The notes under the pieces were generated by a model. The model was not told the origin of the DNA. It searched no databases and saw only the letters and a program-made list of their open reading frames with translations. A stretch of 64,000 nt of DNA. Origin: Opitutaceae bacterium (GTDB lineage: Bacteria > Verrucomicrobiota > Verrucomicrobiia > Opitutales > Coraliomargaritaceae). The translations under genes and the position numbers were made by a program. Of the stretch, positions 20,608 through 31,100 are shown in pieces (the stretch's first letter is position 1; each line of letters begins with the position of its first letter). The DNA is taken from the NCBI GenBank assembly GCA_051252375.1, contig JBPOFY010000004.1, forward strand, positions 1 through 64,000, read 5' to 3'.

Positions 20608-22557
20608 CTACTGCTCGTGCAGGCGGTTGCTTCTGTAAGCTTCGATAAGCCGATTGAGTTCTTTCATTCGGTAATTGATACGTTGACCTCGCTCGGTGTC
20701 TTTTGTGCGATGCGGTTCATCAAATACGCGGACATCTTGAGTTTTAGGGACGATATCGACTCCGTCCTTAATTGCCGACTCAACGGATTCGAAATGGTGA
20801 TGCTCAGCGAGGACGATTCTGCCCGGTTCGAGCACAAGCGTGTATCCATGATCTCCATACGCTTCGGAAAATGCACCATCGATCGTAATCGCCTTACCGC
20901 TACGTTTCATTGGTGATTCCCCCTGCTTAAGTTTGACGGGGACGTGCCCATTCACAATTAAGCCCTGATCTGTGTCGGCACCAAATTCTTCGAGCACTTT
21001 ATCACAAAAGCCTACCTCGTGGATCAAATCAAAGTAAGGATCTTTATTTTCTCGGTGGGGTGTTTTGTCTGCAATGAGATCTCTTTCCAGTGTGGCAATT
21101 CGATCTTTACCAAAGAGCGGCGAGCGAGGGCCGCACCAGAGATACCAAAGGAAATCAAGATCGGGCGTTTTTCTTTTCTCGAGCGCTCTGCGAACAACCA
21201 CTTCGATCTCTTCGAACAGTGCTTTTCCTGAAAAGTGCTGCCCATCAATTTCCAAATCGAGGAAATTGCCCTCTGTATCGACTGGGACACAGCCATGAAA
21301 AATAAGACAGTCTCCGCGTTGCAGATACATCGAACCATGACCGACCATATACCTCATTTGCTCACGCATTTTTTGGCTACTAAGGAAGGAGCCTTTCAAG
21401 CGGTCGAGGCAGTCCTGCTCATCGTCAGTTAAAGTGTATGGATTTTCGGGGTCGACAGTCGGGAGACGTTTGTCTCGCAGTTCGTAAACGACACCATCGA
21501 TCTCGATCATGCCTTTGTCTGTGTCGATCCGATGCATGAGACGTCGATGCCCCAGCTTCCACTGGGGGTTACGTTCAATCAATTGCCCCTCCAATTTAAA
21601 TTGCATGACCGCGACCGCCTTTTGCATTCGCGCAACCAGCTCTTTCGGGCGCATGCCTTCCCCTTTGGGCATGAAAAACTCTGCGGGGTCGTCGGTATAG
21701 ACTGTGCGTGCTAAGTGCTCCAGCGGCGTCAGCGGGACACTGTATCCTTCATCGAGTTGGCTGATGCGACGATAACGTAAGGAGACCCGCAAGGCAGTGC
21801 AAATGAGCGCATCATTACCGAGCGCTGCACCAAGCCATAGTGCATCGTGATTCCCCCAAATAAAAGAGACGTTTGGCTGCAAGCGAAGATAATCCACCAC
21901 GCGGTCACCTCGCGGGCCACGATCCCAGCAGTCCCCACCGATAATCAACTCATCCACAGCTAGATTACGAATTAAGCGCCCAACAATATGTATCAGGTGT
22001 AGCACGCGTCCTTGTCTTTGCAGCTCGTCGATAATCGCTTCGACAAACTCGTTGCCGCGCTCGCGTGTGGGTGCATGCAAAATTTCCAGTAACAGGTTCT
22101 TATAGTCGGCTGGCAGAATCTCAGTGGCTAATTTCAGACTGTAGTTCGACATCAGATGCCGAAGTAGCTCGAACTGAGGGTTCAGTATCTTGCGCGCGTA
22201 TTGCTTCAGATCGGACGGATCGGTTAAATTCTGTTCAAGTTGTTCGGTCACCTCCGCGGGATAGAAAGTGATTTTGAGAAAGTCTTTAAGCTCATCGGGA
22301 GCCATCTTTTCGCCAAACATTTGCTCCACAAGCGGTCGAAGCGTTCCGGAAGCGTTGTTGATGACGTGTCGCAACTTTTTATCTTCACCATGAATATCAC
22401 TAATCATGTGAATCGCCCCGCGAGGGAGGGTTTGCACCGCAGCTAGACGCGCTATCTCCGCGATGGCCGCATCCGTATTTGAAAACTCTGCGGCGAGTAA
22501 CTCCAGTGAGGATAGATTTTCTTCTGGGCGCTTAAAAGACAGGGCTTTGCTAGACAT
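20608..22557 (-). CDS. fbp: Fructose-1,6-bisphosphatase class 3 (Firmicute-type)
   Basis: LPRG..H.ISDIHGE, HVINNASG, GDCWDRGP, WGNHD, QFKLEGQLI.RNP, IFHGCVP, WYLWCGPRSPLFGK, IVNGHVPVK, IDGAFS. Confidence 0.9.
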   Translation of the reverse strand: MSSKALSFKRPEENLSSLELLAAEFSNTDAAIAEIARLAAVQTLPRGAIHMISDIHGEDKKLRHVINNASGTLRPLVEQMFGEKMAPDELKDFLKITFYPAEVTEQLEQNLTDPSDLKQYARKILNPQFELLRHLMSNYSLKLATEILPADYKNLLLEILHAPTRERGNEFVEAIIDELQRQGRVLHLIHIVGRLIRNLAVDELIIGGDCWDRGPRGDRVVDYLRLQPNVSFIWGNHDALWLGAALGNDALICTALRVSLRYRRISQLDEGYSVPLTPLEHLARTVYTDDPAEFFMPKGEGMRPKELVARMQKAVAVMQFKLEGQLIERNPQWKLGHRRLMHRIDTDKGMIEIDGVVYELRDKRLPTVDPENPYTLTDDEQDCLDRLKGSFLSSQKMREQMRYMVGHGSMYLQRGDCLIFHGCVPVDTEGNFLDLEIDGQHFSGKALFEEIEVVVRRALEKRKTPDLDFLWYLWCGPRSPLFGKDRIATLERDLIADKTPHRENKDPYFDLIHEVGFCDKVLEEFGADTDQGLIVNGHVPVKLKQGESPMKRSGKAITIDGAFSEAYGDHGYTLVLEPGRIVLAEHHHFESVESAIKDGVDIVPKTQDVRVFDEPHRTKDTERGQRINYRMKELNRLIEAYRSNRLHEQ

Positions 22558-22751
22558 AGGATTTGGAGAGGGTATTGGTAGTTATATTTAGGCTCCGACA
22601 GAAGCCTGATCATCGTCATCACACACATAGATACCAGTGGGATATCGGAATCAGAGCAAGTCATATAGGGCGCTTTTTTGGTTTAGCGCCGAATTGCGGG
22701 AAGCCTCTTGTTGCTTACTGGATTAACTAAGAAAAGAACGCTACGATGGTT

Positions 22752-22861
22752 GTAGCCATGCCACTCTCTCGACCTGAGCTTGTCGAAGGTGTGGCGTGTT
22801 TCATTGCGCTTTCTCAGAGTTAGCTTTTGATGCGTGGCACGTCACAGAGTAACGTGGCTAC
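22752..22861. repeat. Inverted GTAG-REP pair; left arm interrupted by a 23-bp element (22767-22789)
   Basis: gtagccatgccactc[tctcgacctgagcttgtcgaagg]tgtggcgtg ... cacgtcacagagtaacgtggctac. Confidence 0.8.
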
Positions 22862-23321
22862 AACGTGACTCCTCTAATAGATGAGCCGAGTATTCATCGC
22901 TACAGCTCCAGGCCAGCGACGATAAACCTTTTTTTAAGCTGAGTAAGAAAACCAGAACCACATTAAACACGAAAACGAGCCCCCCCCATAAAGATGCAAG
23001 AGATACTCACGGAACGGGATCGACAACCACCCTCTGCACGCCAGTGTCGCACGAAATAAGAATCGTCTGCAAATCCTTGCACGTTACATCTTGTCAAAAA
23101 TAGAAAAGGAGTCGGTCAATGGATTATGACGCATCGAATCAAAAGAAATTAAATCAATTTTCGACAGAAGCTCGGAGATGGAAAAAGGGGGACCCCGAGA
23201 AGGATAAGCCTCCAGTCGTAAAGGGTTTCAGGACTCCGCCGATCAACAAGAAAAAGAGAAAACGATAGTCAGACTCCGCTGCTGCTTACTGTTTGCGCCC
23301 TCTCCTAGTAAAATTCGGCAT

Positions 23322-23993
23322 ATGCATGAATCACTCGAAGTCCGCCCCTGCCCAAAGGCGGGACATGTCTTTACCACAAAAGGTGATCTACTTGCCGTGC
23401 CAGACGGCTGGGCACTGCTCCCACCTGGCGATGCAGCCCTGAGCCGACGCATCAAAACCGATGGCCCTAGCTGGACAGTCAAAGAGAAGAAAGGACGCAA
23501 GGAATTCTCACGCGGCATTTGGGCTCCAGCAGACCGGATCGAGACGCTACGCTTTACTCTGCAAATCGAACGAGCTGACCCTGCATATACTCAGAAGCTT
23601 GAAGCGGCTCGCGCCCGTCGCGCGAAACAAGAGGTCGTCTACACTGAAGATTTCACGCAGGCACTTCGCGATTACTTAGCATTTCACCCAAGCTACGAAG
23701 CACTGGCGACACAGTTGGCGCAATTGATCAGCGATCATGCCACACCTGTCGGCAGCGGCACAGTAGCGCGCACGAAGCGCATCCCCATCGAAGAACGTGC
23801 CGAGGCCGCCACCATTGCTTGGCTACGCCATCAAACCACTGCCTACGACCATATGCGTATACCACGCGAGAAAGGCGCGCGTCGTGAAGTCCGACGTATG
23901 TTGGCAAAAGAATCCAAGCGCCTGCTACAAAAATACCGAGAAAACAGGCAGATCGACCTCGAGCATTGCCCCCTGCAAAAAGCGATACGATGA
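23322..23993 (+). CDS. DUF2293 domain protein
   Basis: P.GW.LLPPGDAAL.RR.K, GRK.FSRGIWAP, HATPVGSGTVART, AWLRHQTTAYD. Confidence 0.85.
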   Translation: MHESLEVRPCPKAGHVFTTKGDLLAVPDGWALLPPGDAALSRRIKTDGPSWTVKEKKGRKEFSRGIWAPADRIETLRFTLQIERADPAYTQKLEAARARRAKQEVVYTEDFTQALRDYLAFHPSYEALATQLAQLISDHATPVGSGTVARTKRIPIEERAEAATIAWLRHQTTAYDHMRIPREKGARREVRRMLAKESKRLLQKYRENRQIDLEHCPLQKAIR

Positions 23994-24055
23994 CATGACA
24001 GGGGTTGCCAGTGGTGGAAAACTGACACTCCAGCTATGAAGAATCAGAACGGCAC

Positions 24056-24079
24056 TTGACAGACCGATCGTTCTGTTCT
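24056..24079 (+). promoter_or_regulatory. Putative TetR operator overlapping TTGACA upstream of tetR
   Basis: ttgacagaccgatcgttctgttct; near-copy at 24676-24695. Confidence 0.65.
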
Positions 24080-24091
24080 CGTTATTGGATC

Positions 24092-24655
24092 ATGAGAAAA
24101 AACAATTTACGTGAACACATACTCAATGTAGCCGGCGATCTCTTTGCACAGAAAGGCTACGGCAACGTTGGCATAAATGAAATAGTCAAAACAGGAGAGA
24201 TCGCCCGCGCTAGCTTCTACCATCACTTCGAAAGCAAGGAGGCGCTTTGTGTTACTTGGCTCGAAAATATGCACCTGAACTCGCTTGCCTACCACCATAA
24301 GCTTCTCGGCAGTGACTCAGATCCCAAGACAATCATCTATGATTATTTCAAAGAGCTTAAAAAGTGGCTGATAAAGAACAACTTCCGCGGCTGCCCGTAT
24401 ACAAACACCGCGATTTTCATCGTCGATGAGGCGCCTCTTGTTCGAGAACAGATTCAGGTGCACAAAATTTCCATCCGCGATTTCTTCACTGATTTATCCA
24501 TTCGCCTTTGTCCGGACAAGGGACCAGCGCTAGGCGACGCCCTATTCCTGCTGTATTCTGGTGCGACTATGGAAGCACAAAACCTACGCGACACTTGGCC
24601 TGTAGACCGTGCGCTCGAAAGCGCTGCTAAACTTTGCGCGGAAATTACTTCCTAG
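24092..24655 (+). CDS. TetR/AcrR family transcriptional regulator
   Basis: HILNVAGDLF..KGY..VGINEI, ASFYHHFESKEAL, FRGCPYTN. Confidence 0.93.
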   Translation: MRKNNLREHILNVAGDLFAQKGYGNVGINEIVKTGEIARASFYHHFESKEALCVTWLENMHLNSLAYHHKLLGSDSDPKTIIYDYFKELKKWLIKNNFRGCPYTNTAIFIVDEAPLVREQIQVHKISIRDFFTDLSIRLCPDKGPALGDALFLLYSGATMEAQNLRDTWPVDRALESAAKLCAEITS

Positions 24656-24675
24656 TTTTTTCATTTAAATGGGAA

Positions 24676-24695
24676 TAGACAGACCGTTCTGTTCT
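24676..24695 (+). promoter_or_regulatory. Second putative TetR operator upstream of yceI-like gene
   Basis: tagacagaccgttctgttct. Confidence 0.65.
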
Positions 24696-24764
24696 CTAAC
24701 CCATATAAAACAACAAATTCCGCAACGTAATAACAATATAACCACACCAGATATACAAAATACT

Positions 24765-25379
24765 ATGAACAATAATACCAACAACACACTCTCCTCGCTA
24801 TTCAGAAGTGCATTCTTAATCGCCACTCTCGCGCTCGCTACCAGTGGTCTACACGCAAAAGAGTATGACCTAGCAAAACAGAATATACGTTGGACAGGTT
24901 CCATGCCTGCCACAACTCACGAGGGCACACTCACATTAAAGTCGATTCAAGCTGATATCACAGATGAAGGCACAGTCACATCACTGACAGCCGTCATTGA
25001 TATGGCGAAAATCGAGAACACTGACCTGAAAAAAGAGAAGGATCAGAAGAAGCTCATCAAACACCTTAGCAGTGATGATTTCTTTAATGTAAAAGAGTAT
25101 CCGACATCTACGTTCGTGTTGGATGAACACAAAGATGGGAAATTCTTCGGCACACTCACAATCCGCGGTATATCGAAGAAAGTAGCTCTACCGGCTAAGG
25201 TTAGCGGACATCCTGATCGTGGTTGGATTTTAGTCGGTGACTTTGACTACGACCGTATCGAATACGGAGTCGACTACCAGAACTCTGGATTCCTTGGATT
25301 TGCAAACGCAGCCAAGAGCAAACTCATCAATGATTTAATCGACGTGAGTGTATCGGTAACACTCAAGCCCAGAGCTTAA
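24765..25379 (+). CDS. YceI family periplasmic lipid/polyisoprenoid-binding protein
   Basis: Signal peptide; I.WTG, HEGT, IDM..I, HLSSDDFFNVKEYPTSTF, GTLTIRGISK. Confidence 0.9.
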   Translation: MNNNTNNTLSSLFRSAFLIATLALATSGLHAKEYDLAKQNIRWTGSMPATTHEGTLTLKSIQADITDEGTVTSLTAVIDMAKIENTDLKKEKDQKKLIKHLSSDDFFNVKEYPTSTFVLDEHKDGKFFGTLTIRGISKKVALPAKVSGHPDRGWILVGDFDYDRIEYGVDYQNSGFLGFANAAKSKLINDLIDVSVSVTLKPRA

Positions 25380-25406
25380 CATAAAAACCACTCGGAGATA
25401 CTCATC

Positions 25407-25673
25407 ATGAAAAACACAACCGAAAGCACATTGGATAACTCGGCCAATGACACTTCATGCACCACCCATAGCTGTCGGACCGGCAGTTGCGGGGGCCCCG
25501 GATTATGCCCAGGCATTGCCATCCTCCTCGCCTATGTCCTCGGGAGCAGCATCGCACTACTCACTGGTCTGACTTGGCTTGGGTGGGTCATCGGAATTCC
25601 GGCAGCCATCATACTAATCACCGGTGCTTGGCATTACATTCCAGGGATTTCAAAAAATCGAAGGGATCAATAA
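25407..25673 (+). CDS. Small two-TM membrane protein with Cys-rich N-terminus
   Basis: SCTTHSCRTGSCGGPGLCPG then two hydrophobic segments; GGAG upstream. Confidence 0.65.
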   Translation: MKNTTESTLDNSANDTSCTTHSCRTGSCGGPGLCPGIAILLAYVLGSSIALLTGLTWLGWVIGIPAAIILITGAWHYIPGISKNRRDQ

Positions 25674-26812
25674 CCGTCTAAATCGATTTCGTCGCCATCG
25701 GTCATCGGGACCCACCGCCCCATTTTCTTTTGGATCACTTTGAAATGGTGCGCTTCTTCCGGAGTGATGATCGAGATCGCATCGCCCGCAGTATTCAATC
25801 GACCGGTTCTGCCGATACGATGAATGTAGTCTTTGGGTGAGCGAGGCAGCTCGTAATTGATCACGCAAGGCAATGCATCGATATCAATGCCACGTGCGAG
25901 TAGATCGGTGGTGACAAGCACATGTAATTTCCCGTCCTTAAAACGCTGCAAGGTATCGCGCCGAGTCTGCTGCCCCATACCTGAGTGCAACGCAGCCGCA
26001 CCAACTCCGTTTTTAGAGAGTTTGATCGTGAGATTATCGGCCCTGCGCTTGGAAGCGACAAAGACCAACACCTGCTGATCCGAATACTGTGACTTTATGA
26101 TGTAACGTAGCAGCGGTCCCTTACGCGCCAATGAAACCGAATAAGCCGTCTGCTGGATCAACTCGAGCTCGTCGACTTCGTCTTCGATATTAAACACCAA
26201 TGGGTCCGCCAACAAGACCTGCTGCACCTCAGACAAGTCCGCGCTCAGCGTCGCGGAGAACAGGAGGTTCTGCCGTTTCGCTGGCAGCAAATTCAGAATC
26301 CGGTCGACTTCATCTTTAAAACCAAGGTTTAAGATCTTATCCGCTTCGTCTAAAACCAATGTTTCTATCGACGAAAGCCGCACCGCGTTTTTCTCAACAA
26401 GTTCGAGCAAGCGCCCTGGTGTCGCGATCAAGATACTCACTTCACCAATGGCCTGCATTTGCGTGTTAATCGAAACACCGCCATAGACCGCGAGGCACTT
26501 AAATTCTTCGTCTAAGCAGGGGATAAAATCGAGAAACACTTCGCTCACCTGATCAGCTAACTCACGTGTCGGCACGAGCACCAACACAGTCGGCTCACGA
26601 TACTGAAGAGCCGAAGCCTCCTGTAATTGTTGAAGAATCGGCAGCACGTAGCAGGCAGTTTTACCCGACCCTGTCTTGGCAATGCCGAGCACATCGCGAC
26701 GCTGAATGATCGCCGGAATCGCCGAGCGTTGAATCGGCGTCGAATCCGCAAAATCATAATGCGCCAGCGCTGGGAAGAAATAAGGCGCAAGGCCGAGATC
26801 GGAAAAAGACAT
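25667..26812 (-). CDS. DEAD-box RNA helicase (RhlE-like)
   Basis: SFSDLGL, TPIQ, AKTGSGKT, PTRELA, TPGRL, DEAD, FSAT, ARGID, HRIGRTGR. Confidence 0.95.
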   Translation of the reverse strand: MSFSDLGLAPYFFPALAHYDFADSTPIQRSAIPAIIQRRDVLGIAKTGSGKTACYVLPILQQLQEASALQYREPTVLVLVPTRELADQVSEVFLDFIPCLDEEFKCLAVYGGVSINTQMQAIGEVSILIATPGRLLELVEKNAVRLSSIETLVLDEADKILNLGFKDEVDRILNLLPAKRQNLLFSATLSADLSEVQQVLLADPLVFNIEDEVDELELIQQTAYSVSLARKGPLLRYIIKSQYSDQQVLVFVASKRRADNLTIKLSKNGVGAAALHSGMGQQTRRDTLQRFKDGKLHVLVTTDLLARGIDIDALPCVINYELPRSPKDYIHRIGRTGRLNTAGDAISIITPEEAHHFKVIQKKMGRWVPMTDGDEIDLDGY

Positions 26813-26974
26813 AAGCAAAAGGTTTGTTTCGGGCAAAGTGGCTAAGGCACCGACATAAATCAACCTCTGTATCTAGACGACGCCTTATCCGATGAATTGG
26901 TTACTCCGCGAATGACCACTCCAGTCGATTCTGATGGCGGTCTGGGGCGCACGACCATATCCTAAAACATTTCT

Positions 26975-28090
26975 ATGGACACATTCAGCACACTCGGAGT
27001 CTCCGAGCATCGAATCGAAGCCCTCGCGCAACAAGGCATCCAATCGCCCGCAGGCATCCAAGCGCAGACCTACCCGATCCTCAGTGGTCGGCAAGACGCC
27101 TGGCTGAGTGCGCCCACCGGCAGCGGCAAGACCTTGGCTTACCTCTTGCCACTATTTGAAGGCATCGATGCGAGCACCACCGATTTACAAGTCGCGGTGC
27201 TAGTGCCCACTCAGGAGCTCGCGGTGCAAATAAACGACTGCATCCGCCAGCTCGAACAATCGGCCGACACAGCCATCCGCAGCCAACTACTGATCGGCAA
27301 CGCATCGTCAAAACGCCAAAAAGAAAAACTTAAGAAGAAACCACATATCGTAGTGGGCACCTGCGGGCGAATGCTCTCACTGGCGAACGAGCGCAAGCTC
27401 AAGCTCCACCTCTGCAACTGCGTGGTGATCGACGAAGCCGATACCATGCTCGGCGAAGACAGCATTGAGGACGTCGAAGCCATCATCAAAATGACACCGC
27501 GCGACCGACAGCTGGTCTTCGCCTCAGCGACCGAAAAAGGACACGCCTTCCACCATGCGCAATCCATGGGCAAGGACGTCCAATGGCTGCAAGGTGAAGC
27601 ACTCAAAAGCGTATCCACGATCAAGCACAGCTACATCGAGACTCGCTATCATAACAAGGCAAAGGCCTTGCAACAGCTACTCGAAACCATCCAGCCAGAG
27701 CGCGCCATTGTCTTCGTGCACCGTAATCTCACCGTTGAAGAACTCGGCGAAGAACTCACCTACCGAGAGTTCGACCTGCAGGTGCTCCACGGCAACTTGA
27801 GCAAGTTTGACCGCGAGAAAGCGCTCAATCAATTTCGGCGCGGCAAAGTCAAAGTGCTCATCGCCTCGGATGTGGCAGCCAAGGGTTTGGACGTCAAAGG
27901 CGTGAGCCACATCATTAATTTCGACCTACCCTCCAGCCCCGACGACTACCTTCACCGCGCAGGCCGCACCGGCCGCATGGGCGCATCTGGGCATGCAATT
28001 TCCATCGTAACGGAAGAAGAGTATAAGCTAATACAACGCTACGAACGTGAACTGGACATTGAGATCAAGCCGTTTGAGCAATGCATCTGA
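26975..28090 (+). CDS. DEAD-box RNA helicase, divergently transcribed
   Basis: APTGSGKT, PTQELA, DEAD, ASAT, AKGLD, HRAGRTGR. Confidence 0.95.
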   Translation: MDTFSTLGVSEHRIEALAQQGIQSPAGIQAQTYPILSGRQDAWLSAPTGSGKTLAYLLPLFEGIDASTTDLQVAVLVPTQELAVQINDCIRQLEQSADTAIRSQLLIGNASSKRQKEKLKKKPHIVVGTCGRMLSLANERKLKLHLCNCVVIDEADTMLGEDSIEDVEAIIKMTPRDRQLVFASATEKGHAFHHAQSMGKDVQWLQGEALKSVSTIKHSYIETRYHNKAKALQQLLETIQPERAIVFVHRNLTVEELGEELTYREFDLQVLHGNLSKFDREKALNQFRRGKVKVLIASDVAAKGLDVKGVSHIINFDLPSSPDDYLHRAGRTGRMGASGHAISIVTEEEYKLIQRYERELDIEIKPFEQCI

Positions 28091-28186
28091 TTAGACGAAA
28101 ACGATAACGCACTCTGGTTACCAATATCCATCAGTATGAAATAGTATTCCCTTTTCTACGTATGAACGCACTGTAAACCTTCCCTG

Positions 28187-31100
28187 ATGAAATACTACGC
28201 TGCCCTGTTATTCCTGCTGCTTTCATCATTAGTTTCAGCCGATGCTCTCACCAGTCCGCTCGAACAGGGAAATCTCGACCCCGCCCATTTCACTGAATTT
28301 TCAGGAGGGAAGGAGGCCCCCGTGAATCGCAAAGATGGTTTGGAAAAAATCATCTGGACCAGCACCACGTCCACGAGCTGGTTCGGAGTCAGCTTCGGAG
28401 CCAATAATACTCCTGGCACCCGCCACCTTCGTATCGCTTGTAAAAACCCTATTCCCACCGGCACAGTCCTCGTCCGTGGTGGCGGCACCCTCAGCGTCCT
28501 GAAATCTTCCGCCACATATCCGGGCGATCTCGCGGACGATTCCCAATGGCTCACTGCAGAGCGCATTTCCGGCGCCGAACTGACCTCTGCCGAAGTTGGC
28601 TCCGAGGAATACGCCGCGTGGATCCTCCCGCCTGGCACGACCACGACCGCCCTGCGTTTCACCCACAACGCCGAACCCAGCGATCCTAAATACGAAGGCC
28701 ACCTCGGCAGTGCCATGGTGCTCGCCGGGCGCTACGCGAACATCGCCCCACAGGCCATCGCGTCCGCAAGCTCACAGGGGGAAAAGGCGAATCTAATCAA
28801 CAACTCCGACAACGACAGCATGTGGAAAACCTGGCGCAATGGGGAGCAAGGCGCGGAGCAGGTCGTTTCCTCAGAGCATCCGGAATACCTCCAACTCACC
28901 TGGCCTGAGAAAATTTCCCTCCACGCCTTGGCGACCTGCTGGACAGGATTCTCAGCCGCAGACCTCCAGATCTACACTGGACCGGATTCCCGCCACCCGC
29001 GCGAAGCCCACGAGGAGGATTGGAAAACCCTCACCAGCCGCGACGACCTCGAGAGCTCCTACCCTGCCGAACTCGCCCCCGAGTGGTTTCCCCTCGAGGA
29101 AACAAATACCCGCGCCGTCCGCCTCCTCATCACCGCCCCGCTCAAGGAAAACCACGACCATCTCCGCAGACAGATCAAGGAAGGCCGCGGCGTCTGGGTC
29201 GGCGATGTCCTCGCTCTTCGAAATCTCGGCGATGCTCCTCTTTCTTCCGCCCTACCCGCGAAGGAAGAGGCAGCCAACCCACCCATTCCCATCAAGTTCA
29301 CCCTTCCCGAAGCGGGACGCGTCACCCTCATCATCGAGGACTCCACCGGTCAGCGCGTGCGCAATCTCATCGCCGACACCCCATTCCCCGCCGGTGAAAA
29401 CACCGCTTGGTGGGACGGCACCGATGACCTCGGACGCGATCCCGAAGCCGCCCGCCACGGCATCTACCACATCCCACAACGCTTCGTCGTCCCCGGGAAA
29501 TATCGAGTCCGCGGTCTCTGGAAAAAAGACATTGATCTGACCTACGAATTCTCCGTTTACAACTCTGGCAAACCCGCATGGGAAACCGCCGACAATACCG
29601 GCGGCTGGATGACCAACCACACCCCGCCAACCAGCGCGACGTTCGTCCCTGCGGAAAAATCCCCGGACGGCAAGCCGCGCATTTACCTCGGAGCCTACAT
29701 CGCCGAGGGCGGTCACGGACTCCAATGGGTCAAGCCCGACGGCACGAAAATCGGCGGACAAGGCTGGATCGGAGGCAACTGGACCGGAGCCCCCACCCTC
29801 ACCACGGATCTCGGAAATGACGCCGTGGCTGAAGATATCTGTTACGCCGCCAGCGTCTGGGAAGGCGAGCTACGCGTTTCCGCGAAAACCGCCAACAAAG
29901 ACCGCACCGTCATCAAGCAGCAGCTAGGCGAAGACAAGTTCAAGCACGGTCAACGCAACCACGAAGGAGTCCCCATCCTCCACGGCTTCGATGGCGGGGA
30001 GCGCCGTTACATCCTTGCGGGCATAGCCGCGCACAACGGCATCATCGCCGCCTCCTTGATCCGCCAAAACGAGATCCTCTTCATCAGCGCCAAGGAGGGC
30101 AAAATCCTCGCCCGTGCCCCTTACGATAACCCCCGCGGTCTCGCCTTCCATCCTTCCGGCAAGCTCCTCGTCCTCTCGAAAAACGCCCTGACTATTTCCA
30201 CGATTCAAGGTCTCCCGGGCATCCCCTACCTTTCCGAGCCAACAGTCCTCATCTCCAAGCTCGAAGACCCCCGCGCACTCACCCTAGATCGGGATGGCAA
30301 CATCTACATTTCCGACCGCGGTCAGTCGCACCAGGTAAAAATCTTCACCCCCGCTGGAAAGCTTGCCGCCACTCTCGGCAAACCGGGGCCTCCCGCCGCC
30401 GGCCCTTACGATCCTCTCCACATCAACAACCCCAACGGCCTCGCTATCGACGACGCAGGCAATATCTGGGTCACGGAAAACGACTACCAACCGAAGCGCG
30501 TCAGCGTCTGGCACAAATCTGGAAGCCTCCTCAACGCCTTTTACGGCCCGTCCGAATACGGCGGAGGCGGCACCCTCGATCCGTCCGAGAAAAACCGCTT
30601 CTATTACCGCGGCATGGAGTTCGCCCTCAATTGGGAAAACGGCACCGACCAGCTCATCCGCGTCATCTACCGTCCCGAATCCACCAGCGGAGAGTCACAC
30701 ACCAACGGTTTCCCCGAGCAGCCCATCGTGACCGCGGACGGTCAGCGCTTCTATACCAATTCCTATAACTCCAACCCCACCAACGGAGCCTCCGTCGCCA
30801 TGCTGTGGATTGAGGAAAACGGCATCGCCCGTCCTTGCAACGCCGCCGGCCAAGTCCGCGCGTGGCCGGAACTCGCCTCCCTCCTGCCGAAAGGTGAAAA
30901 CAACCAAAACTCCTTCATCTGGAACGATCTTAATGCTGATGGAAAACCTTCGGCCGATGAACTTATCGTCAGCAAAAGCAACGCCGCCGGGGTCATTTTT
31001 CAGCCTGACCTCAGCATCACTTTCGCCCGTTTCGACGGAGCCGCCGTGCGTTTTTCCAAAACCGGATCCACCGCTTCGAAAACACCCACCTACACCCTGA

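Noticed and set aside
22558..23321. Riboswitch or ncRNA in long intergenic regions (also 48974-49510 and 60124-60427)
   Set aside because: No recognisable aptamer or tRNA consensus by eye; an Rfam/Infernal scan would be needed.
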